A model generated the notes under the pieces. The model was not told the origin of the DNA. It ran no database searches and worked only from the letters and a program-made list of their open reading frames with translations. Below, piece by piece: positions 53,064 through 64,000 of a stretch of 64,000 bases of DNA (positions are counted from its first letter, which is position 1; the number at the start of each line of letters is the position of its first letter). The DNA is taken from positions 9,796,001 through 9,860,000 of the forward strand of contig NC_043008.1 of assembly GCF_006345805.1 (NCBI RefSeq). The letters run 5' to 3'. The position numbers and the translations under genes were made by a program. Source of the stretch: Octopus sinensis. Taxonomy: Eukaryota.

Positions 53064-53954
53064 AATAGACCAAAGACCAAGGTGCTTATTTATATACAAA
53101 CACACACCTTTGTATATACCTGGACAGATAGATAGATACACGAAACATTGTCCATATACATCTATGTACACAAAAGCAATCACGCTTATCTACCTCTCCG
53201 GAATAATCTCTCCTTAACTCATTAAAGTTCCTTTGGTGTATTTTGACAACCATCCATACCCGTACATATATATATACATATATATATATACATACATACA
53301 TACATACATACATACATACATACATACATACATTTTGACACACACTACATTTTGACACACATACGTTGTTCAAACACGCATACATAAATACCTGTGTATG
53401 TATACACATATATAGATTTATACAACATACATACATTCAAACATATTATAAATAACTACATACCCATACATCATACATACATACATCATACATACATACA
53501 TACTACACACGCACAGACAACACACACACGTTGTTCATATACGCATACATAATACCTGTATATGTATACACATAATAGATTTATACACATACATACATTC
53601 AAACATATAAATAACTACATACCCATACATATATATATATATAATATATATATTATATATATAATATATATATATATATATACATATATAAATGTACACA
53701 TTCTTACACACACCCACTCGCTCCCATCTTCACTCACACACACATATGTACAGACAAAGACACCTACAATATCACCATTAACAACACCAATACCAACTAC
53801 CTTTTTAAACGCAAAAGCAACTGAGCCGTTTTAAACTTTGTCAACGTCGATAAGAGAAGCGTGTGGCATTTTCTGTTATAACAACCACAACAGCAACCAA
53901 TAACAACGTTAGAAATAACAGCAACTCTACTTGTGACACTTATTACCTATTTCT

Positions 53955-54170
53955 TTATTACTCACAAGGGGCTAAACACAGAGGGGACAAACAAGGACAG
54001 ACATAGGTATTAAGTCGATTACATCGACCCCAGTGCGTAACTGGTACTTAATTTTTCGACCCCGAAAGGATGAAAGGCAAAGTCGACCTCGGCGGAATTT
54101 GAACTCACAACGTAACGGCAGACGAAATACCGCTAAGCATTTCGCCCGGCGTGCTAACGATTCTGCCAAC
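53955..54170 (-). mobile_element. SINE family A about 170 bp upstream of the GPCR ATG
   Basis: Full core and tRNA head on the minus strand. Confidence 0.85.
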
Positions 54171-54341
54171 CATCATCATCGTCATAATCATCTTTCGTCA
54201 TCAGTAACAACAAATAAAAAACGAGGATAACACTTCCAGCATCACCACCACCACCACATCACAAACAACAACAATAAGCAAAACATAAATACGGAACAAG
54301 TTGTTCGTTTATGCTTCGACGATCATAACCTTTTTGTAAAA

Positions 54342-54931
54342 ATGAATCGAAACCCTCTCGCGCCATCATTATTATCACACTCATCTTCGTCCTCATTATC
54401 ATCATCATCATCATCATCATCGTCGTCGTCGTCATCATCGTTATTATTTTCATTATCAGCATCAGCCTCAGCATCACTATCCTCATCATCATCTCTGAAC
54501 AACACTCTGAGCGAACTGAACGAATCCCTGGTAAAACCCTTTTTTCTGTCGGTGGCAAACAGCAGCGCCCTTCCCGAACTGGGACCGAGAGACAGAGAAG
54601 CAGCCGAAAGAGGGATCGTGAGTCTAAGCGGGATTATCGCCACCAGCCTCATGTTTTTCATTATCGGAGCAACAGGATTTTTCGGTAATCTCTTGGTCAT
54701 TTACTCTGTAATTAGTGACCGTAAAATGAGATCCTCCGTGACTAATTTATTAATTACTAATTTAGCACTTGCTGACCTTTCAACTTTGATTTCTGGAGTG
54801 CCGGATATCGTACTGTTTATTCTGAACCGTGGATGGCTACTGGGTGAAATACCGTGTAAACTGCATCGTTTCGCTATGGTCACTAGTTTATATGTGTCCG
54901 TACTTTCATTGTGCGCCGTGTGCATCGAAAG
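54342..54931 (+). CDS. First coding exon of a class A (rhodopsin-like) GPCR, probably a neuropeptide receptor: N-terminus, TM1-TM3
   Basis: The ORF encodes a Ser-rich N-terminus with N-glycosylation sequons (NNT, NES, NSS). It then has TM1 GxxGNLLVI, TM2 NLALADL, ECL1 GWLLGEIPCK and TM3 ending AVCIER. The exon ends at AG|GTAAG (donor 54932), phase 2 within the Arg of the E/DRY motif. No downstream exon was found in the window. Confidence 0.93.
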
Positions 54932-54949
54932 GTAAGACGAGTATATTTT

Positions 54950-55350
54950 TTTCTACTCTGGGCACAATGTCCGAAATTTTGGGGGAGGTGGCCAGTCGAT
55001 TAGATCGACCCCAGTACACAACTGGTACTTAATTTATCGTCCCCGAAAAGGATGAAAGGCAAAGTCGACCTCGGTGGAATTTGAACTCAGAACTTAACGG
55101 CAGACGAAATACCTATTTCTTTACTACCCACAAGGGGCTAAACACAGAGGGGACGAACAAAGACAGACAAACGGATTAAGTCGATTATATCTACTCTAGT
55201 GCGTAACTGGTACTTAATTTATCGTCCCCGAAAAGGATGATAGGCAAAGTCGACCTCGGCGAAATTTGAACTCAGAACGTAGCGGCAGACGAAATACCGC
55301 TAAGCATTTCACCCGGTGTGCTAACGTTTCTGCCAACTCGCCGCCTTAGG
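54950..55350 (-). mobile_element. SINE family A dimer at the start of the GPCR intron
   Basis: Begins about 20 bp after the splice donor. Confidence 0.85.
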
Positions 55351-55418
55351 AAGACGGGTAGATTGAGTTCATCGTGTCTGGTTCAAAGATAATCATGTTT
55401 TATCTTGTGTTGCGGGCA

Positions 55419-55650
55419 CAGTGTCGTAACTAAGGTCTGTACAACCCGAAGCAGAACCCTTCAGTATGACGCTACATCCCGCCACCGTCCATACCAGCTT
55501 ATACAGCACACCCGAGAGTGTCCAGTCTATAAAAACGCCCCCACGCCCCCCACCTCGTAAAGACGAAACTACCACCCCCACCATCATCACAAAAACTGGG
55601 TCGGGCCCCCTTCCCTCATCTACCCCTACAACACACTAGCTACGCTACCG
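55419..55650. mobile_element. hAT-like MITE (CAGTGGCGTAGCTAG-type ends)
   Basis: Ends CAGTGTCGTAACTAAG and CTAGCTACGCTACCG are imperfect inverted repeats. Confidence 0.5.
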
Positions 55651-55948
55651 GTTGCAATCCGTATAATACACAGAGACATACACACAGCATGCACACACAC
55701 ATACACACGCACGCACACATGCACACATGTGCGCACACACGCATGCACACACACAAGCATGCATATATGTACACACATATCCATACATATATATCAAAGC
55801 CTATGCAAGTACACATACTCAGTTATACACATGTATATGTCCAAAACGCACATACTCATATATACATACATGCAAACAATTTTACACACACACACACACA
55901 CACACACCATACATACATACATACATACATACATACACGCACACACTT

Positions 55949-55983
<35 letters not shown>

Positions 55984-56015
55984 CATACATATACATACAT
56001 ACATACATACATACA

Positions 56016-56049
<34 letters not shown>

Positions 56050-56051
56050 CA

Positions 56052-56085
<34 letters not shown>

Positions 56086-56190
56086 CATGTATATGCCCGG
56101 GCACAAACATACACACACAAGTATGCTCCAATCACGCATAAATATATCGACTGCATGTCAGTGCATAAGAGGACGAAAATCATTGAGTCA

Positions 56191-56724
56191 CAGGGGTGGA
56201 GGAAAACTTCTTAGAGCGGCAAACAAAATTTTCAAAGAAAAAGCTCCACGGGTGGATCACAAGTTCTAACACTTATACCTATGTAAATCTCGTATAGGTC
56301 TATGTATAATTCGATATACGTTAATAAAGATAAGTTTAACACATTAAGTTAACATGTACCATCTTCATTAATGCCACCACTGAATTTAGGATGTTTATAT
56401 TACTTATGAAGTATTCTATATTTTTCAGGTAGATTGTAGCTGGGTCTCAAGGGGTTGGTACAAACCTAGCGATATGTGTTTTATAGTGATAGCAAAATTT
56501 CCATTCAAATGGCAATTACCGGACGATTTTCTGTTCGTGTCTAATTGTTTTAAGTCGTAGTGGAAACGCGACTTACGTCGCAAGTAGGCATGCGAATATT
56601 GTATAGATTTTATAGTTAAAAAAATTTATTATATTTTGTGTATACGAGTAAACCAGCCTGTGGGCGCAATAAAATGGGCTCGCAGGCGCAATTGAGCCCG
56701 CGGGAGGGAGTTTCCCTACCCCTG
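56191..56724. mobile_element. hAT/Charlie-like non-autonomous element
   Basis: TIRs CAGGGGTGGAGGAAAACT / AGTTTCCCTACCCCTG, with subterminal GCCCGCGGG. Confidence 0.55.
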
Positions 56725-56822
56725 TGATAGTCACAGTGGTAAACAATGTAAACAGACACACACACATATAAACACACACATACACACATATAAACACACA
56801 CATTCACGCATACGCGTAGTCT

Positions 56823-56853
<31 letters not shown>

Positions 56854-57467
56854 CAGGTTCCAAATGTGAATTAGTGTTAACTACATCTCAAAGATGGAGC
56901 CTTGTATCTTCGTTGGAAACCGGCTCCCTACTCAGTGGAAGATTTATAATGATTAGAAAATAGAAGACACCTACATACACACATACATACATACATACAT
57001 ACATACATACTTAAATGTAAACAAGCGAAGCAGAGCAGGTATTACACCATCCAAGCACGCGTGTGTGAAGTGCGGTTATGTGTATCTGTGCACACGCGTG
57101 TGTCTGTGTGTGCGAATGAATCTGTGATGCAACGCGATCGCACGTGTTAGCAACGGTATTGCTTCTATATTATCCCTCTAAAACACGCACCAACACACAT
57201 AAAATAGGTATACATACATTACATATGTATATGAGTATATTTATATATATATATATGTATATAATTGTGTCTGGGGAGAGTGATTCTGTTTTAATGCCTT
57301 ATTAATTAACTCACTCACCGATTCGATTTCCATTCGTTCGTTTGTTTGTTTTTCTTGTTTCTAAAATTTCCGTTGCTTCTTGCAACCACTTTAACAGACG
57401 TTGTCTCCGTCCGTTATCGGAGCTGCGTTCTTTTCGTACGTTTCTTTGTGCGCATGTGTGTGCGTCG

Positions 57468-57506
<39 letters not shown>

Positions 57507-57718
57507 CGTCAGTGTGTGTGTGTGTGTCTGTGTGTCTGTGTGTATGTGTGCGTCAGTGTGTGTGTGTGTGTGTGTAGGGTAGAAACACACGTGGTGATAT
57601 ATAGAGAGAAAGAGGAAAAGTGAAAAAACAGATTTGTTTCACAGGATTTAACAGTAAAACAAAGCTGTTTTTTCAGCTTTTCTCTGTCTCTGTCTCTCTC
57701 TGTCTCTCTCTCTCTCTT

Positions 57719-57755
<37 letters not shown>

Positions 57756-57774
57756 ATATATATATTTATATTTA

Positions 57775-57810
<36 letters not shown>

Positions 57811-58044
57811 TGTATGTATGTATACATATACACATGTATGCATGCAAGCATACATACATTCATACATTCATACATACATACATACATACACACATGTATG
57901 CATGCATACATACATTTATACATACATACATATATTCATAAATACATACCTCAGTATTGACTTTCTCACTGGTAATGCCTTCCCTGTATACACTGCAAAA
58001 ATGTAATTCTTTTTTTTCCTAAATATATTGCACTTCGTATTCGA

Positions 58045-58125
58045 GGCTCCGATGAAGCTGTAGGATGTTATTCAGGCACTCAAACTAAGAGTCCGCTGCA
58101 TCTACAGCAGAAACAGCCGTAAGCC
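58045..58125 (+). ncRNA. Hammerhead-like motif, C4 variant with long stem II
   Basis: GGCT-CCGATGA-A-GCTGTAG...CTACAGC-A-GAAA-C(AGCC)GT-A^AGCC. Confidence 0.62.
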
Positions 58126-59110
58126 AATCGTGAGCCAAATACCCTATCCACTAAGCCACTCGCCCTCACAGACACACACACTGCGAAAACCTTCAGTTAT
58201 TGAATACTTAATATATCCCAACACACGTGCTTCTATTTCGTACGCGTTCTCTTATGCGTTCCACTGTATATTATGTGTGTGTGTGTATATATATATTTGT
58301 GTTAAATATATGCATACACACATACACACACACACACAAATACACACACACATATATTAATACTATGGAAGACTGTAGGGTATAGTTTCTGTATGACCTG
58401 AAGTTTTGGTCGCTGTTTAGTTACATAATTTAGGAATTGGTTATAGATTTACATCTTGAATTTATTTACCGATGCTGTTGTACATAGGGTAAATGTGTTT
58501 GAATGTGGTGATTTCTTTGGTATGTTTGTTCCCAAGCCGGATTGAATGGTACTGCCCAGGTGTCGAAACCATAATGATATCCGTGGGGCAGCTGATGATG
58601 GTGTTATGTTGGATTGTTGGTATGGTTGTTTTTGCATGCGTAGAATAGTATTATCGCACATCCTTTTGATATATCAGTATGTGTATATATTAGTGTGTGT
58701 ACATATATATATCTGTGCTTATAACTGTGTATATGTGTGCGTATGTATGTACGTATGTATGTATATGTGTGCGCGTCTGTAAGCGTGTGTTTTCGAGAAA
58801 AGGGAAGAGAGAGAACTTTAGCTAGGATCGTCATGGAAGACTGGTTGGTGTTCCCTAACATGTAGGTTGAATAGCACACACACACATATACATACATACA
58901 TACAAATATGTGCACAGACACACGTATCCGCATATACACCCACACACATATGAATATACACACTCTCACACACACACACACGCATGTATACATGCACACG
59001 CATCCATATATACACCCACACAGACACACACAAATATACGCTTCAATTCCTATTAGTTTGACGAAGATACACAAAAATATACACGTACAAGCTCGTGGGT
59101 GCAGATACCA

Positions 59111-59155
<45 letters not shown>

Positions 59156-59157
59156 TG

Positions 59158-59192
<35 letters not shown>

Positions 59193-59480
59193 GTGAATAT
59201 ATGTGTGTGTGTGTGTGTTTGTGTGTATGTGCACGCGCATGTATGTATATGTGTGTGAGTGTGTGCGTGTACTATATATATATCTATATATATATATATA
59301 TATGTAATAAGGGTGCAAAGGAACACACGAGTTGATATATATGAAAAAACAAGTCAAGATAGAAAATGCTAAAATAATTTGATAAAGAACATTTCTGAAA
59401 TGTTCTTTATAAAATAATTTTAGCATTTTCTATCTTGACGTTTTTTTCATATATATATATATATATATATAATATATATA

Positions 59481-59690
59481 TAGCGATCTATCATTCGCCA
59501 TGATAGATCGCTAGCCACTACACATTCATTATTTTCTTTCCTTGTTTCTTTCTGTGTTCCTTTCTGCGGAAGAGCGTAGGCTCGAAAGAAACGTTAAAGA
59601 CTTTTTCACTTCTCGAGCGTTATACTAATACATCTTTTTGTTATCTACACCACCTGTCTTCGTCTTTTGCTTTTTTGTGAATTTTCCCTA
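59481..59690 (+). mobile_element. PLE pseudo-LTR-like short repeat with degenerate HHR (59560-59599); related copy at about 61035-61175 (-)
   Basis: The two copies share AGAGC..GGCTCGAAAC..AAAGACTTT.TCAC.T.CCGAGC...GTCTTCGTCTTTTG. The stem I/II/III scaffold is kept but the core is degenerate (CTGCGGA; CTGTTGG). Both are flanked by (TA)n or (CA)n. Confidence 0.6.
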
Positions 59691-59767
59691 TATATATATT
59701 GGGTACCGCACGAGTGGAATTATATACGAAAGAAGGTTTGAAAATGCAAATTTTAAAAGATGTTTAT

Positions 59768-59812
59768 TTACTTTACCGGTTTCACTCTTTGGAAAAAGAT
59801 TGTCAAAAGTAA
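59768..59812 (-). ncRNA. Hammerhead-like motif, U3-A8 variant, stem II imperfect
   Basis: Reverse complement reads TTACTT-TTGACAA-TCTTT(TTCC)AAAGAGT-GAAA-CCGGT-A^AAGTAA. Confidence 0.55.
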
Positions 59813-61193
59813 CATGTAGAGGTTTGGTTGCGTTAATTATTGGTTGTTACTAATTGCTACATTACATATATACAGTCTTTGGTAACAGGGACATGTTAAG
59901 GAAATAAAAAAGTTCAACAAGTTTCTTAAAATATTGGGCACAAAATATTACTACATAAATAATCATTCTCAAGAACATGCTTAAGATAGTTTCCAGAAGG
60001 AATTGATATTGGTATTGGTATTGTATCTGTATATTCAAACACGCACAGAATATTGGTTGACACAGAGTACTACAATCCATATATATATATACAATCTTTG
60101 GTGACAAGAGCATGTTGAGAACATAAAAAAGTTTAACAAGTTCATTGAAATATTGGGCACAAGAGATTACAACAAATATATTATACATTCTCAAGATAAT
60201 TTCCAGAAGGAATTATTAAAAAAGTTCAGTAGAATATTGGTATACACGTACAGAATATTATGAGTTCAAAAAGGTTTACATTATAATAGTAGTGAAGCTA
60301 AAACTGACCTGTCCACCATATATATATATATATATAATTTTATATAAAAATTCTGCATAAGAACAATTTATACTGAAGAATAACTCACTATTTTTCTTAG
60401 AGTACATATTTATCGTAATTTTACAAGTAAAGGGATAGCAGTGACTTCGAAGTTTCGACATGCCTGCTTTTGTCAATTATATACACACACATATACACAT
60501 ATACACATGTACATATATGCATATGGTTGTATAGTAAGAAGCTTGCTTCACAACCACATGGTTCTGGGTTCAGTTTCACTGCGTGGCAACTTGGGCTTGT
60601 GTCCTTTACTATAGCCCTCGGGCCAACCAAAGCCTTGTAAGTCGATTCGGTAGACAGGAACTGAAAGAGGCCCGTCGTATGTGTGTGTGTGTGCGCGCAT
60701 ACTGGTTGCTGTGTGTACACGCATACTGGTTGCTGTGTGTACGCGCGTGTGTGTGTATATATATATATGTGTGTGTGTTGTGTGTGTGTCTTTGCGTCTG
60801 CCTTTGTCTTCCTCTACACCACTTGTCAACCGGAGTCGGTGCGCTTACGTACCCGTGACTTAACTATTTGGTAAAATAGTGTAGCAGAATAAGTATTAGG
60901 CTTTTAAAACGGGTCGATTAATTCGACTAAAAGTTTTTCGAGGTTGTGCTCCTGCATGGCCGCAATCTAACGACTGAAACAAGTAATATATATATATATA
61001 TATATATAATATAATATATATATATATATATATATATAGTTGAAATTTACAGAAAAACAAAAGACGAAGACAGGGGTGTATAAACAACAAGCAGGTGTAT
61101 TTGTTTGATGCTCGGGAAGGTGAGAAAGTCTTTTATGTTTCGAGCCTATGCTCTCCAACAGAAAGAAACACGATGAAATATACACACACACAT

Positions 61194-61228
<35 letters not shown>

Positions 61229-62239
61229 CACATGCACGTGTACACACACACAGACGCACACATGCACACACACGGGTCTAGTAAGCAAACGAATAAATGA
61301 AGTCTTATTAAATATTCCGATCGTTTCAATAGATAGTGGAACTATTTCACCAATTTTGCGCATTGGCTTTTACATATAAAAAGAATATGTAAACTCATAC
61401 AATAATTCATTAATGAGGCTGCCACCAGTCAGCTTATCAGAGAACTTAAAGTTACAATACCGGAGCGTATTTTGAATATTTCCAACAAATATAATGAGAG
61501 ATGATATGTGAGAACATTTTTATAAACAAACATAGAAGGAACGAGTGAGTTGATAATTTAGATATGAAGGAAATTGTGAACGTAGGAGAATAGCAGCGAA
61601 AGCAGCTTAGAGAATCGAGTAAAACACCCTTATAAACAAGTGGCCATCACGATTTCTTTCACTTCTAAAATAGAGACACTATGTTTCAAAATATCAGAGT
61701 GATAATTTAACAGCAAATGTTACCTCTACCCAGGCTAAATTTTAGAAGATAGATAATGAAGATGAGGGGAATAGCAAATTGTCTTCTTTGATCTAATACA
61801 ATGCCACCAGTGCCATTGTCTCTGACTGGTCAAAAAGTGGTTAAGATTATTGTATAGTAATGGAGAGAAAGAAATCTAAATTATCAATAAGAAATTTCAA
61901 AGTGTTGGCCATTTAGTATTACAATCTCAGAATTGCCGGTAAAATGAAAAATAGAAGTTTAAAGAAAAATTAATGTGGAGATGACATTTAAAAAGAATTA
62001 TAGAAAGAAAATGTTGGGCAGTTAAAATGGCAGCGAAGAACAAATTAGTGCACGAACAAAACCAATGCACTGGGAACTAAACAAGTCTCGAAAATACTAT
62101 GTCGTCTACAATTAAACATAGACTAATTAATTAAGGATCAAATTAGATATAGCAGTTAAGAAATGAGTGATTGGTTGGTTATACAAGAAATAATTCAAGT
62201 GGGAGTTGTGAAAATCAAAAGGGCAAAAATATGTGTAAT

Positions 62240-62249
62240 TTTTTAATAG

Positions 62250-62285
<36 letters not shown>

Positions 62286-62406
62286 TAATGATAATAATAA
62301 TAATGAAATAATAATAATATAAGAATAAAATAAGAATTAAATAATAATAATAAAATAATGATAATATAATAATAATAAAATAATAATAATAATAATAATA
62401 AAATAC

Positions 62407-62437
<31 letters not shown>

Positions 62438-62548
62438 TAATGATAATAATAATAATAATAAAATAATAATAATAATAATAATAAAATAATAATAATAATA
62501 ATAAAATAATAATAAAATAATAATAAAATAATAATAATAAAATAATAA

Positions 62549-62582
<34 letters not shown>

Positions 62583-62682
62583 TAATGATAATAATAATAA
62601 TAATAAAAATAATATAATAATAATAATAATAAAATAATAATATAATAATAATAATAAAATAATAATAATAATAAAATAATAA

Positions 62683-62730
<48 letters not shown>
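62240..62730. repeat. Imperfect (AAT)n tract, about 490 bp
   Basis: Direct read. Confidence 0.95.
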
Positions 62731-62731
<1 letters not shown>

Positions 62732-62969
62732 AGGTGTAAACATATGAACAAAATAAAAATAAACAAAAAACAAAAAAAATTACACGAACGTATATAAACA
62801 GGAGATACAAATACTACAGGCACTCCCCCCCACACACACACTAACTTAACATAGACACACATAGAGGTATACGCATGCGCAAATGAAGACACATACAATA
62901 GGAATACAAAATACAAAATGGCTGACCGTTAGTAAAGAGAGACACACAAATAAGAAAGAAGAAAGCAAA

Positions 62970-63014
62970 GGACCACTGATGAGGTCACAGGAGTGTGACG
63001 AAAGAACTCTGGCC
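62970..63014 (+). ncRNA. Minimal hammerhead ribozyme, canonical core
   Basis: GGACCA-CTGATGA-G-GTCAC(AGGAGT)GTGAC-GAAA-GAACT-C^TGGCC. Confidence 0.65.
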
Positions 63015-63180
63015 GTAATAAGATTAAGATTAATGTAAAAAAATGAATAACGCTGAAGCAAAGTAACACCAAATATATAGTGCGTGTGATTTTATTGGCT
63101 AAATTGGCAAAATGACCATTCCTAAATACAACAATATCTGTTTCAACTCACGATTTCACATCACAAATCTTGCAAAACAA

Positions 63181-63248
<68 letters not shown>

Positions 63249-64000
63249 TTATATATATTTGTGTGTGTGTATGCATACATATATGCGTGTGTATTTATGT
63301 ATAAATAGAGAGAGAGTTACATACGTATATATGTATACCCACACAAGCATGGTTGTGTGTGTATATATCTGTCTTTTTATGCATGTATGTATCTCTGCGT
63401 GTTGGGGCAGCGGACTCGCGGTCATAGGATCGTGGTTTCGATTCCCAGACCGGGCGTTGTGAGTGTTTATTGAGCGAAAACACCTAAAGCTCCACGAGGC
63501 TCCGGCAGGGGATGGTGGTGATCCCTGCTGTACTCTTTCACCACAACTTTCTCTCACTCTTACTTCCTGTTTCTGTATTTCAAAGGGCCGACCTTGTCAC
63601 TCACTGTGTCACGCTGAATATCCCCGAGAACTATGTTAAGGGTACACGTGTCTGTGGAGTTCTCAGCCACTTACACATTAATTTCACGAGCAGGCTGTTC
63701 CGTTGATTCGGATCAACCGGAACCCTCGTCGTCGTAACCGACGGAGTGCTTCCATCCATCCATCCATCTCTGCGTCTACGTGTGTATGCGTGTTTGTGAT
63801 TTAGATGAACATAAACTAAACAGCTTTGCATTTTGACTTTCGATGTTTTACCTGTAAAAATAGCGGCAACAATCTACTTCGATTTACAAGGTATACATAA
63901 GCATAAATGTATGCATACATGCCTCTCTGAATCAATGTATTGGCTAATCGATCGATTAATTATCAATCAGTCTATAACCCTGTTAGTTTTCATTTGACGA

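Noticed and set aside
54190-54206. CTGATGA..GAAA on the minus strand upstream of the GPCR
   Set aside because: No stem II between the core halves; a chance match within (ATC)n-like sequence.
58380-58660. Possible PLE C-terminal fragment (W.VPFNPAW in a minus frame)
   Set aside because: A single weak motif, insufficient without a profile search.
55689-59426. His/Thr/Tyr/Ile- and Cys/Val-rich ORFs
   Set aside because: Translations of (CA)n, (TACA)n and (TA)n microsatellites; the same applies to similar ORFs across the window.
54932-64000. Second exon of the GPCR
   Set aside because: I found no acceptor followed by a Y-x-A-I/V-type continuation or TM4-TM7 sequence; it probably lies beyond the window.

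Overview
AT-rich, microsatellite-saturated animal genomic DNA, most likely Octopus (inferred from recognisable repeat families; not database-confirmed). The only host coding sequence I can support is the first coding exon of a class A (rhodopsin-like, peptide-receptor-type) GPCR at 54342-54931 (+), ending at a GT donor inside the E-R-Y motif. Most of the rest is mobile DNA and simple repeats. There are three tRNA-derived SINE families in many copies and a near-full-length Penelope-like element (PLE; RT + GIY-YIG, about 36.0-41.0 kb) with a direct pseudo-LTR and an inverted tail. Also present are L1/Tx1 fragments, a Dong/R4-like RLE element inside an (ATT)n tract, mariner and Tc1 remnants, hAT-like MITEs, a 26-bp minisatellite and a ~180-bp satellite. 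The main hidden signal is about 15 minimal type I hammerhead ribozyme (HHR) motifs from roughly nine unrelated sequence families, including U3-A8 and C4 core variants. They sit in PLE pseudo-LTRs and short non-coding fold-back elements. One 110-bp palindrome folds back essentially at the predicted ribozyme cleavage site of its family. Repeat boundaries were read by eye and are approximate to roughly 10-20 bp.
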